From: Microcoleus sp.
Lineage (GTDB): Bacteria; Cyanobacteriota; Cyanobacteriia; Cyanobacteriales; Microcoleaceae
Direction of reading: 5' to 3'
Assembly: GCA_052279835.1 (NCBI GenBank)
Contig: CP181291.1
Location: forward strand, 3,488,001-3,552,000
DNA: 64,000 bases
Of the stretch, positions 1 through 8,966 are shown one piece after another. Each line of letters opens with the position of its first letter. Positions within the stretch are counted from its first letter, which is position 1. A program made the translations under genes and the position numbers. The notes below the pieces were generated by a model that was given only the letters and a program-made list of their open reading frames with translations, made no database searches and was not told the origin of the DNA.

Positions 1-1332
1 CCGCTGTTTGAGTATCTGGAATTCTGCTTAGAACAAGTTTGCGCCGACAACGAATTAGGCGCACTGTTGCGGGCGTTAGAGGGCGAATACATTACCCCCG
101 GCCCAGGTGGCGATCCAATTCGCAACCCGGATGTTTTGCCGACTGGCAAGAATATGCACGCTTTGGACCCGCAGTCAATCCCTACCACTGGGGCGATTAA
201 GTCTGCTAAGGTTGTCGTTGACAGACTATTAGAAAGACAGCGCCTGGATAACGGCGGAAATTACCCAGAAACCATCGCCGTTGTGTTGTGGGGAACCGAC
301 AACATCAAGACTTACGGCGAATCCCTCGCCCAAGTAATGTGGATGGTGGGAGTCAAGCCCGTACCCGACGCTTTGGGCCGAGTAAACAAACTGGAATTGC
401 TGTCTTTAGAAGAGTTAGGACGGCCACGAATCGACGTAGTAATTAACTGTTCCGGCGTATTCCGCGACTTGTTCATCAACCAAATGAATTTGTTAGATAA
501 AGCCGTAAAAATGGCAGCCGAAGCCGACGAACCCTTAGAAATGAACTTCGTCCGCAAACACGCCTTGAAGCAAGCCGAAGAAATGGGAATCAACCTGCGC
601 CAAGCAGCCACCCGCGTCTTTTCCAACGCTTCCGGTTCCTATTCATCTAACGTCAACTTAGCGGTAGAAAACAGCACCTGGGAAACCGAAGCCGAGTTGC
701 AGGAAATGTACCTAACCCGCAAATCCTTCGCCTTTTCTTCCGACAATCCCGGAACCATGGAACAAGACAGGCAGATTTTTGAATCATCCTTAAAAACTGC
801 TGATGTCACATTCCAAAACTTAGATTCTGCGGAGATTTCGCTAACCGACGTGTCGCACTATTTCGACTCCGATCCAACCAAATTAATCGGCAGTTTGCGC
901 GGCGACGGGAAGCAACCGGCATCCTTCGTTGCTGATACCACAACAGCCAACGCGCAGGTACGGACGCTATCAGAAACCGTGCGTTTAGATTCGCGCACTA
1001 AGCTGCTGAATCCGAAGTGGTACGAGGGAATGTTATCGCACGGATATGAAGGCGTGCGGGAGATTTCTAAGCGTCTGGTGAACACGACTGGATGGAGTGC
1101 GACAGCGGGTGCTGTGGACAATTGGGTGTACGAAGATGTGAACGGTACGTTTATCCAAGATGAGGAGATGCAGAAGCGTTTGCTTAACTTGAATCCTCAT
1201 TCTTTCCGCAAGATTGTCAGCACTTTGCTTGAGGTGAATGGCCGGGGTTATTGGGAGACTTCGGAGAGTAATTTGGACAGGTTGCGCGAACTTTATCAGG
1301 AGGTGGAAGATCGGATTGAGGGGGTAGAATAA
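1..1332 (+). CDS. chlH: magnesium chelatase subunit H, C-terminal part (5' end outside window)
   Basis: Frame open from base 1 ([13 protein letters not shown]...); motifs [27 protein letters not shown]. Confidence 0.96.
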   Translation, partial: PLFEYLEFCLEQVCADNELGALLRALEGEYITPGPGGDPIRNPDVLPTGKNMHALDPQSIPTTGAIKSAKVVVDRLLERQRLDNGGNYPETIAVVLWGTDNIKTYGESLAQVMWMVGVKPVPDALGRVNKLELLSLEELGRPRIDVVINCSGVFRDLFINQMNLLDKAVKMAAEADEPLEMNFVRKHALKQAEEMGINLRQAATRVFSNASGSYSSNVNLAVENSTWETEAELQEMYLTRKSFAFSSDNPGTMEQDRQIFESSLKTADVTFQNLDSAEISLTDVSHYFDSDPTKLIGSLRGDGKQPASFVADTTTANAQVRTLSETVRLDSRTKLLNPKWYEGMLSHGYEGVREISKRLVNTTGWSATAGAVDNWVYEDVNGTFIQDEEMQKRLLNLNPHSFRKIVSTLLEVNGRGYWETSESNLDRLRELYQEVEDRIEGVE

Positions 1333-1399
1333 ACATCTCCCAAAAAGCCAATCTTGAACAGGCAGGATGCCTGTTCCACAATAATTATGGAGATGTCTA
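1331..1399. repeat. short MITE/REP-like element
   Basis: Ends ACATCTCC/GGAGATGT enclose the hairpin GAACAGGCAGGATGCCTGTTC; related hairpins recur at ~8884, ~15836 and ~35050. Confidence 0.6.
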
Positions 1400-1428
1400 A
1401 TAAACATCCTACTTCGACCTAACTAACC

Positions 1429-1470
1429 CAAAACCTAGAGGCAAGGTACTTACCTTGCCTCTAGGTTTTG
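1429..1470. terminator. bidirectional terminator-like hairpin between convergent genes
   Basis: Perfect 20-bp inverted repeat CAAAACCTAGAGGCAAGGTA-ct-TACCTTGCCTCTAGGTTTTG. Confidence 0.7.
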
Positions 1471-1499
1471 TTAGCTGCGGACACAAAGTTGTGTTCTTA

Positions 1500-2030
1500 T
1501 TAACGACCAAAGCAGACTAGCAGTGACCCTGCATTATCACCGAGGGCATTGTCAGCGTCATTGATTCTCATCATCACCCTTTGGCTTACCGCTTTGGGTA
1601 AGGGCCAAATGGGTCTTGGTATCGCTGTTTCCCAGTCGCCAGGGACACCCACAAGCAGCACACCGAATGGGTAAGTTTGGGTATATTTGTATTGATTGTA
1701 TGGTTCTAGCCTTTTTGCGGCTTCGCCTGAGTGTCCTTCTGGACCAATGCGCTTGTAATTTCTATCATCTACTGACCAAGAACCACTGATACTAACTACC
1801 TGAGTAAATCGACCTGGTAATGTAAAAGATTGCCAACCTTTTCTCGCATCTACTTCATAACAAGCTTGCTGCTGGGACCCTGGATTGGAAGGTCCATTAT
1901 CGAAGACAGCATACGGGCCGCTAGAAGCAAGCTGTGCTTGAGCCTGTTTAAGTTGAGATAGATTGATTATTGATGAAATAGCAAGGGTTGACACCAAACT
2001 CCCAATTGTAAGTAATTTCGGTAATTTCAT
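1500..2030 (-). CDS. secreted protein, LecA/PA-IL lectin-like fold
   Basis: Signal peptide ending AQA; motifs GWQ, GSWS, GPEG, FGVLL, RINDADNALGDNAGSLLV. Confidence 0.55.
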   Translation of the reverse strand: MKLPKLLTIGSLVSTLAISSIINLSQLKQAQAQLASSGPYAVFDNGPSNPGSQQQACYEVDARKGWQSFTLPGRFTQVVSISGSWSVDDRNYKRIGPEGHSGEAAKRLEPYNQYKYTQTYPFGVLLVGVPGDWETAIPRPIWPLPKAVSQRVMMRINDADNALGDNAGSLLVCFGR

Positions 2031-2321
2031 AACTTAATTATCTAATTGTAGTTGGATGCGATCGACTATCTAACGGTACTACAATCATGATGGCTGTAAC
2101 ATTCCGGCCGCTCATAAAAATTTTATATTTATTTAATTTTTGATTTTTGTCTATCTTTCTGAACAGGCACTCCGGGCTTAATGGCAAAAGCGATCGCCCT
2201 TGTTTTCCCCCCGATCGGACTTTGGGAAATATTCTCAAAGAAAGTAGTTGTTCGAGTCTCAAGTAGTCTTGCGGTCAAAATAGAGTAAGGTTCCCGAATT
2301 ATTGCGGGCGTGACTTGCGCG

Positions 2322-2418
2322 CTGCGATCGAAGAAACCGGGTTTTTTACCGAATCTGCGGGCTGATACCAAGTATTTTCTCCAAAAACCCGGTTTCTGAA
2401 CCTCGCTGCGTAAGTCCG
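2322..2418. repeat. palindromic AGAAACCGGGTTTTT...AAAAACCCGGTTTCT element
   Basis: Inverted arms; same family at 41060-41163, 41945-42130 and 51170-51264. Confidence 0.85.
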
Positions 2419-2524
2419 ATTATAATGGTGTGGGGGTAGTGAATACTCCTGCACTATTTTGAAGGTGTACAATAGAAGTCTAACCTACAAAAATGCTGGG
2501 AAACTTTCCACAAGGAGATTGAAT

Positions 2525-3028
2525 ATGGCAGTTACAAGTGTGGAAAATATTATCGACAATATCAAAGGGTTGGCAATTCCTATAGAATCATACCCGGATG
2601 ATTTTTTGGGTGCTTACAAATTAATGGCTGATAGTTTAAAAGCAGGGAAAGAGAGATTAGAAAAATTAGAAAATCTGGATTTGATTATTGTCGAAGATTT
2701 GTATAAAGACTATGAGCGCTTAGAACCTATTAATAATTATCCCATTGTTGTCAAAAATAAAAACCGGGAAACTCTGACTATATTTGTTTTGGGCAAATTT
2801 GAAAGAGAGTTTCCAGTAGTCGAAGAACTCTCAGAGATTTTTGCCGATTTTTATATAGAGTTTCTGTTGTTACCGATATTTAAAATTATTGATTATGAAT
2901 TATTACCTTCTAAGTTTCGCTCTCTCAAACACAAATTAAAAAATGGGGTGTTAGTGTATGAGAGCGAAAGATGTTTACATAGAAATAGCACAGCGATACA
3001 TAGCCAGCGCAAAACAGCTTGTGTCTGA
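2525..3028 (+). CDS. degenerate nucleotidyltransferase (MNT)-like protein, partner of the HEPN gene
   Basis: AAGGAG RBS; near-terminal NGVLVYE as in MNT antitoxins; overlaps the HEPN gene; no GS..DxD motif. Confidence 0.45.
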   Translation: MAVTSVENIIDNIKGLAIPIESYPDDFLGAYKLMADSLKAGKERLEKLENLDLIIVEDLYKDYERLEPINNYPIVVKNKNRETLTIFVLGKFEREFPVVEELSEIFADFYIEFLLLPIFKIIDYELLPSKFRSLKHKLKNGVLVYESERCLHRNSTAIHSQRKTACV

Positions 3029-3380
3029 TGAAAATGTGACCCAAGAAGTTATTGGTTTTTTGACCTATCATGCCTTAGAGTCTATTGGTTCGGCTGTGAT
3101 TGTTCATTTCAAGAGTTCAATCCCTGTCAATCATGAAACTAAGTTAAATATGTTTTTGAGTTTATGCAAAAAACACCTTGCTAAATCGGTTAGTATACAT
3201 CTAATAGCAACAACAATTGTAAAAATGGTTAACTCTGATTACAGGAGTAGGTTTCTTTATCCCGAATACCAAAATACCAAAATTCATAAAGCTCCTAAAG
3301 AACAGATTACTACTGCTGAGGTCAGGTTGTTAATTCAAGATGTGGATAGAATTATAAATCAGATTGTGAATGCGATATGA
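2958..3380 (+). CDS. HEPN domain protein
   Basis: FLTYHALE, IPVNH, RSRFLYP pattern; helical. Confidence 0.75.
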   Translation: MRAKDVYIEIAQRYIASAKQLVSDENVTQEVIGFLTYHALESIGSAVIVHFKSSIPVNHETKLNMFLSLCKKHLAKSVSIHLIATTIVKMVNSDYRSRFLYPEYQNTKIHKAPKEQITTAEVRLLIQDVDRIINQIVNAI

Positions 3381-3583
3381 AGTATGAAGTAATCATTTAC
3401 TGGAGTGAAGAAGACCAGGCATTTATTGCGGAAGTCCCTGAATTGCCTGGATGTGCTGCGGATGGGGAAAATTATCAAGAAGCACTGCAAAATCTAGAGA
3501 TTATGATGCAGGAGTGGATTGAGACTGCTCGACAATTAGGGCGAATTGTCCCTCAACCTAAAGGTAGATTGATGTTCGCATAG
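3377..3583 (+). CDS. hicB: HicB family antitoxin (short form)
   Basis: YEVIIYWSEEDQAFIAEVPELPGC...A...W...VPQP; ATGA overlap with HEPN gene. Confidence 0.9.
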   Translation: MKYEVIIYWSEEDQAFIAEVPELPGCAADGENYQEALQNLEIMMQEWIETARQLGRIVPQPKGRLMFA

Positions 3584-3627
3584 ATACCAGTTCAAGAAAG
3601 AGTAGAACAATTCAGCTTCTTATTTGA

Positions 3628-3653
3628 TAGGGGTAAAATCTGCCTTACCCCTA
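3628..3653. terminator. hairpin between convergent genes
   Basis: TAGGGGTAA-N8-TTACCCCTA. Confidence 0.55.
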
Positions 3654-3675
3654 ACACAAAATTACTTCACCCTCG

Positions 3676-3915
3676 TCACATTTTTTTCGGTTTTCGATCG
3701 TTGTGTTGTTCGCGGTAAGCGTCAATTATTTCTACAGTACACCCTGCAATCATTGACGCAAACGTACCTACTATTACACTTTGTTGATAGTAAATAGTCA
3801 CACCACCTGCAAAGCAAATAATTGCCATCTTGACCAGTAGAATTTGGGTAGCTAAAAACTGACGGCGTTGAGAGTTGGGAACTCTGACACCATGAGAACT
3901 TTTGAGCTGTCGCAT
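3676..3915 (-). CDS. small hypothetical membrane protein
   Basis: 79 aa, two hydrophobic segments, ATG start, co-oriented with padR operon. Confidence 0.45.
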   Translation of the reverse strand: MRQLKSSHGVRVPNSQRRQFLATQILLVKMAIICFAGGVTIYYQQSVIVGTFASMIAGCTVEIIDAYREQHNDRKPKKM

Positions 3916-4031
3916 ATGTTAGAATTGATGTGTGTTTTATTCAATGCAGGCACCCGGTTAGTTAGCGGTGCCTTTTTTCTGGAATTTCCACCGTTGCTTG
4001 TTAGCTGTAGCATCTATCCCAAGAAAACCTT

Positions 4032-4700
4032 TTATGCTCTGGTCATCCATCGTGAAACGAACTTATGGAATTTCAACCCGAGGTAAGACCGAATTAAATC
4101 TAAACCTGTTAATAAGGTTATCAAAGATACTTGCCAGCGTGGACTACCTTGCTCGATTAACTGATAATGCTGCTCTTGCAAATCACCCAGCCACTCTTCC
4201 TGAAATTGTCTCGGGAGGAGCTCCTTCAGCAATGCAATGAACCGGGCATACCTATCTTTCTCTGGTATAGCTAACCATCCGCTGTAATAAACTTGCAAGC
4301 CAAATAACAAAAGCAGTAAGAATGAGTAACTGAATAACAGATGGATGCCAAAAGGAACTTTTAGCAAGGTAAGGTTACTCAACACAATGAAGATACCAGG
4401 AATATAACTGGCCAGGCTCGAATTTATAATGATTTTTCCACCAACTTTGGCTCCCTTTTCTGGATCAATCCACAATTGAAAACCGCCATAAAGCACAAAT
4501 ACAATTGCTATTGAAAGTATCACACAGGCAGGATAAAACAGAACAATCCAATAGAATACGGTTTTTAGTATGTTAGGGTTAGAGGAAAGGCAGGCAAGAC
4601 CCAGCACATCAGCAATAATTGAGATGATACCTATTATGCTGGTTATAAGTTTAAACAGCCATTGTCCTCGATTTTGGTTGAAAAATATTTTCTTGCTCAT
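4032..4700 (-). CDS. PadR-associated membrane protein
   Basis: About four hydrophobic segments, then LLPRQFQEEWLGDLQE; directly after padR. Confidence 0.7.
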   Translation of the reverse strand: MSKKIFFNQNRGQWLFKLITSIIGIISIIADVLGLACLSSNPNILKTVFYWIVLFYPACVILSIAIVFVLYGGFQLWIDPEKGAKVGGKIIINSSLASYIPGIFIVLSNLTLLKVPFGIHLLFSYSFLLLLLFGLQVYYSGWLAIPEKDRYARFIALLKELLPRQFQEEWLGDLQEQHYQLIEQGSPRWQVSLITLLTGLDLIRSYLGLKFHKFVSRWMTRA

Positions 4701-4701
4701 C

Positions 4702-5046
4702 TTATACCCCTTCCCAAGCTGGTTCCCAGCCAGCCAGATCGTTGAGGAATCGCTTTTTCTCTGCCAGAACTTTCACACCTAATCCTGTAATTCTGTAGTA
4801 CCTCCGTCGCGCACCACCTCTTTCTTCCGGTGTCTCATCACCCCAGCGTGCTTCTAAATAGCCTTTCTCCTCTAGTTTGTGGAGGGTTGGGTACAGGGAA
4901 CCAAAGCCGAGTTTAATTTTCCCGCCACTCGCCTCCTTCACCGCCTCAATAATCTCCAAGCCGTAACGTTCGCGGTGAAAGACTGATGTGAGCACAGCTT
5001 CTTCTTTTGGCGACAAATCAAAAATGCTATCTTGATTCTTTTTCAT
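4702..5046 (-). CDS. PadR family transcriptional regulator
   Basis: YGLEI, GSLYPTLHKLEEKGY, RRRYYRITGLG. Confidence 0.93.
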   Translation of the reverse strand: MKKNQDSIFDLSPKEEAVLTSVFHRERYGLEIIEAVKEASGGKIKLGFGSLYPTLHKLEEKGYLEARWGDETPEERGGARRRYYRITGLGVKVLAEKKRFLNDLAGWEPAWEGV

Positions 5047-5080
5047 ACTCTCCCGTCACTTGATGTTCATCTCATATCTT

Positions 5081-5110
5081 ATGGTATATCAAGCTATTTG
5101 ATAGTGTCAA
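5081..5110 (-). promoter_or_regulatory. padR promoter with candidate operator
   Basis: Minus strand TTGACA-18-TACCAT; inverted repeat TATCAA-N5-TTGATA in the spacer. Confidence 0.5.
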
Positions 5111-5238
5111 GGGACTTTGAGATCGAGTTGCTGAAGCTAGCGATCGCTTGCCATATCCCTTATGTCACGGACGTTTCAGGATTGGAGGCAGATGAGTAGG
5201 AGACGATCGCCCTTTATGCTATCCTATAAGTAAATACG

Positions 5239-5254
5239 TTTTGTATATACAAAA
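5239..5254. promoter_or_regulatory. palindromic operator upstream of brnA
   Basis: Perfect 16-bp palindrome TTTTGTATATACAAAA. Confidence 0.55.
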
Positions 5255-5269
5255 TAATGCCGTTTGAAT

Positions 5270-5527
5270 ATGACTATCCCGCCCAAACGACTTGAAGAAT
5301 TAGAAAATATTCCAGAATCTGCGATCGATACCTCTGATATTCCTGAGTTAGATGCGAGTTTCTGGGAAAAAGCACAACTGGTGCAACCTATGACTAAACA
5401 AGCTATTTCTCTAAGAGTTGATAGCGATGTATTAGATTGGTTTAAAAACCAAGGAAAAGGTTATCAATCTCTGATGAATGCTGTACTGCGCTCTTATGTG
5501 GAACATCACGCAAAAAGCAGTCAATAA
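5270..5527 (+). CDS. brnA: BrnA antitoxin family protein
   Basis: IDTSDIPELD...ISLRVDSDVLDWFK..GKGYQSLMNAVLR. Confidence 0.9.
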   Translation: MTIPPKRLEELENIPESAIDTSDIPELDASFWEKAQLVQPMTKQAISLRVDSDVLDWFKNQGKGYQSLMNAVLRSYVEHHAKSSQ

Positions 5528-5573
5528 ATATGCGTTCTCCTCTGCTCTTGAAATAGGAAGAAGTATTACAGCC

Positions 5574-5780
5574 ATGATGACTTACAAAGGTTACAGTGCT
5601 AACATTGAAGTAGATTTAGAAGCCGAAATTCTTTTCGAGCGAGTGCTTGAGATTAATGACGTAGTGACTTTTAAAGCACAAACTATTGAAGAAGCTCGGC
5701 AAGAATTCCAAAACTCCATCGATGATTATCTAGAGTTTTGTAAAAAATTAAGACAGGAACCCGATCGACCATTTAATTAG
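5574..5780 (+). CDS. hicB: HicB family antitoxin, C-terminally truncated
   Basis: MMTYKGYSANIEVD...INDVVTF...FQNSIDDYLEFC...PDRPF; stops before the RHH domain. Confidence 0.75.
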   Translation: MMTYKGYSANIEVDLEAEILFERVLEINDVVTFKAQTIEEARQEFQNSIDDYLEFCKKLRQEPDRPFN

Positions 5781-5800
5781 ATCCATTAACGAGGTAAACT

Positions 5801-6118
5801 ATGTCACTAACTGCAACCGAATATAAATATGTAGAATTAGATGAGAAGAATGCGCCTATCATCACAGGGACTACGATGAAAGTAGTTGAATTAATGACTT
5901 CGGTAAAAGCTTACAGCTTGAGTCCTGAAGAATTACTAGAAAGCTATCCTCACCTAACTTTGAGTAAAATCTACTCTGCTTTAGCTTACTACTGGGATCA
6001 TAAACAAGAGCTTGATGCAGATATGCAGCACCGATTTGAGTATGCGGAAAAGTTGCGATTAGAAGCGGGTGAATCTCCTTTGGCTAAAAAACTCCGCGCC
6101 CAAGGACTAATTAAATGA
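5801..6118 (+). CDS. DUF433 HTH antitoxin-like protein
   Basis: PIITGT..KV...SPEEL...YPHLTLSKIYSALAYY. Confidence 0.9.
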   Translation: MSLTATEYKYVELDEKNAPIITGTTMKVVELMTSVKAYSLSPEELLESYPHLTLSKIYSALAYYWDHKQELDADMQHRFEYAEKLRLEAGESPLAKKLRAQGLIK

Positions 6119-6462
6119 CTATAGCTTTGTACATGGATGAGAATGTGCCTCTACCGATTGCAAATGGATTGAGACAAAGAGATGTAGATGTTTTGAGAGC
6201 TCAAGAAGATAACCATCAAAACACGCCAGACCATATTATACTCGATCGCGCAACGGATCTTCAGCGTGTTGTTTTTACACAAGACGAAGATTTTTTAGCC
6301 ATAGCTAACAGCCGCCAGCAAGAAGCAGTAAATTTTGCTGGCGTTATTTATGCCCATCAACAGAATGTAACTTTTGGTGATTGCATTCGTGACTTGGAAA
6401 TTGTTGCTAAGGTTAGCGAACCTGAAGATTTAGTTAACCGCGTTCAGTACCTACCTTTATAA
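6115..6462 (+). CDS. DUF5615 PIN-like protein
   Basis: LYMDENV...DV...DHIIL..A...RVVFTQDEDF; ATGA overlap with DUF433. Confidence 0.9.
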   Translation: MTIALYMDENVPLPIANGLRQRDVDVLRAQEDNHQNTPDHIILDRATDLQRVVFTQDEDFLAIANSRQQEAVNFAGVIYAHQQNVTFGDCIRDLEIVAKVSEPEDLVNRVQYLPL

Positions 6463-6471
6463 CCAATCCTT

Positions 6472-7890
6472 ATGTATGCTCAACAACTTGAATTATTTGA
6501 ACTATTTAATTCAAATTCTATTGAAAATTCCCGATCGCAATTAACGTTCGTAGACTTATTTGCTGGAATTGGTGGCTTTAGAATCCCTCTCGAAGAATTA
6601 GGATGTAAATGTTTAGGGTATTCAGAAATTAATAAAAAAGCAATTCAAGTTTATCAAGATAATTTTATTAAAGATGCCAACTCAGACGAAGTATATTTAG
6701 GAGATATTACCAATCTAAATCAATTGCCTTTTGCCATTGATCTATTAGTCGGTGGTGTTCCCTGTCAACCTTGGTCGATCGCAGGTAAATTACAAGGTTT
6801 GGACGACCCAAGAGGCAAGTTATGGACAGATGTATTTAGGGTGGTCAAAGCTAATCGTCCCAAAGCCTTTATCTTTGAAAATGTCAAAGGTTTGACCGAA
6901 CCAAGAAATATAGAAAGTTTGAAATACATAATTGATAATTTGACATCATCTGCTTATGTTGTCAAATACAAGGTGCTAAATTCCTATGATTTTGGATTAC
7001 CGCAAGATAGAGATAGATTGTTTATTGTTGGGATTAGGAACGATCTAGAAAGATGTTGGGGGTTTACATTTCCGAAACCAATCGAGCGTGCGCTCAAGCT
7101 TTATGATGTAATACCGGGGATTCAGCGTAGCAATTTTACAAAGCAAAAATTTTCACCAACCGTTTTATTTGATGGCAAAATACCGGGTTCCAGAGGCAGA
7201 TTTCAAAAATTAGATGAATTAAATGACTTTTTCTTATTTACTGATATTAGAGATGGACATACTGCCATTCATTCTTGGGATTTAATCGAAACAACTAGCA
7301 GGGAAAAATTCATTTGTCAAACGATTATGAAAAATAGGAGAAAAAATATTTATGGAGAAAAGGACGGCAATCCTTTAGGCTTTAAAGTGTTAGCAACACT
7401 AATTTCTGAATTGAAACCAATAGAAATTGATAAGTTAGTTGACAAACAAATTTTGCGGAGGGTAGATGATAAAGGTTATGATTTTGTTAATTCTAAAATT
7501 TCTTCAGGGATTAACGGCATTTCTAAAATTTTCTTACCTCATGCGGAGGCGATCGCAACTTTGACTGCAACTGGAACTAGAGACTTTGTGGCAACAATCT
7601 CGATTCCATGTCAAGAACCCTTAGCATATAAGCAAACATTTATTAGGGAAATTTATGAAAAGAAAAACTTTCAACCTTTAACAGCACAGGATTACGCAAA
7701 ATTGCAAGGATTTCCCGAATGGTTCAAGATTACTGAAAATGAAACTACAGCAAAACATCAATTGGGTAATGCTGTATCAATTCCTGTGGTTTACCATTTA
7801 GCCAAAGCATTACTAGAACTTATAATGTGCGATCGCACTTGGTCCATCACCCTATCATTGAGCAGTCCCTTTTCTGCTACCATAGATTAA
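6472..7890 (+). CDS. DNA (cytosine-5) methyltransferase, orphan
   Basis: DLFAGIGG, PCQ, ENV, QDRDR, LQGFP, QLGNAV motifs. Confidence 0.95.
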   Translation: MYAQQLELFELFNSNSIENSRSQLTFVDLFAGIGGFRIPLEELGCKCLGYSEINKKAIQVYQDNFIKDANSDEVYLGDITNLNQLPFAIDLLVGGVPCQPWSIAGKLQGLDDPRGKLWTDVFRVVKANRPKAFIFENVKGLTEPRNIESLKYIIDNLTSSAYVVKYKVLNSYDFGLPQDRDRLFIVGIRNDLERCWGFTFPKPIERALKLYDVIPGIQRSNFTKQKFSPTVLFDGKIPGSRGRFQKLDELNDFFLFTDIRDGHTAIHSWDLIETTSREKFICQTIMKNRRKNIYGEKDGNPLGFKVLATLISELKPIEIDKLVDKQILRRVDDKGYDFVNSKISSGINGISKIFLPHAEAIATLTATGTRDFVATISIPCQEPLAYKQTFIREIYEKKNFQPLTAQDYAKLQGFPEWFKITENETTAKHQLGNAVSIPVVYHLAKALLELIMCDRTWSITLSLSSPFSATID

Positions 7891-7979
7891 AAGATGTCTA
7901 GATGGCTGAGTATGGTTATCACAGATTAATTTTCAGCTAGGGCTATTAACCTTTGTATAATTTAAAACATAGTAAACTC

Positions 7980-8882
7980 ATGAGAATATCTAAGAACGAT
8001 TTTTTTTTCTACTCCTGCTTGCTGCTTTCCTTGTTTGCTGTAGCAGGATGTACCTCTAGTTCCAAAAAACAAGTTGTCATTTGCTCGAAAGATTTTTCTG
8101 AACAAGTCATTCTAGCCGAAATTTTAGCGCGCCGTATCGAAGCGAAAACTGATATTAAGGTGGAACGGGAACTGAATCTGGGAGGTTCCCTTTGTCATCA
8201 ATCCCTCGCCGCAGGTAAAATTGATTTGTACGTCGAATATACGGGTACTGCTTACACCAATATTCTTAAACAAAAGACCGCTTCTGATTCCAAACAAGTC
8301 TTTAATTATATCAAACAGGAGTATCCGCAACAGTTTAAAGCAGAATGGATTGAACCCCTGGGATTTAATAATAGTTTTGCCATTATTATGCGGGGAGATG
8401 ATGCGAAAAAATTCAATTTACAAACTATTTCGCAATTAGCAAAGGTTTCACCGAAACTGCGGGCTGGTTTTGGACCAGAGTTCAAAGAAAGAGAGGATGG
8501 ATTTCCGGGATTGGCTAAAACTTATGGGATTAAATTTGCGGAAGAACCGAAGGAATTGTTGTTAGGTTTGTTGGTGCAGGCTTTGCAACAAAAAGAGGTG
8601 GATGTGATTGCTGGGAATACTACTGATGGTTTGATTGAAAGTTTCGGTTTGGTGGTGCTCAAAGATGATAAGAACTATTTTCCTTCCTATGAAGCAGTGC
8701 CTGTGGTGCGATCGCAAATCTTGACAAAATACCCAGAATTGCGATCGGTCCTCGCAGAATTGGGCGGGAAAATATCAGAAGCAGATATGCGGAAAATGAA
8801 TTATCTAGTTGATGGAAAACAACAGGATGCTGGAGAAGTTGCACAGCAGTTTTTACAGCAAAATTTTGGTAATTCTAATTAA
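7980..8882 (+). CDS. glycine betaine/osmoprotectant ABC transporter substrate-binding lipoprotein
   Basis: Lipobox VAGC; SKDFSEQ, YVEYTGT, GFNNSFA, DDKNYFPSY. Confidence 0.9.
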   Translation: MRISKNDFFFYSCLLLSLFAVAGCTSSSKKQVVICSKDFSEQVILAEILARRIEAKTDIKVERELNLGGSLCHQSLAAGKIDLYVEYTGTAYTNILKQKTASDSKQVFNYIKQEYPQQFKAEWIEPLGFNNSFAIIMRGDDAKKFNLQTISQLAKVSPKLRAGFGPEFKEREDGFPGLAKTYGIKFAEEPKELLLGLLVQALQQKEVDVIAGNTTDGLIESFGLVVLKDDKNYFPSYEAVPVVRSQILTKYPELRSVLAELGGKISEADMRKMNYLVDGKQQDAGEVAQQFLQQNFGNSN

Positions 8883-8966
8883 GAGAACAGGCAAGATGCC
8901 TGTTCCATAAACTAAACCAAAAAACATCTTAAAAAGCCGCCCTCACCCACTAAAAACCCCCAAAGA

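Noticed and set aside
2038..2371. 74- and 80-aa minus-strand ORFs
   Set aside because: Overlap the AGAAACCGGG repeat or promoter DNA; no recognisable motifs
5140..7836. HIP1-bounded mobile cassette
   Set aside because: HIP1 is too frequent in this window for flanking sites alone to be informative
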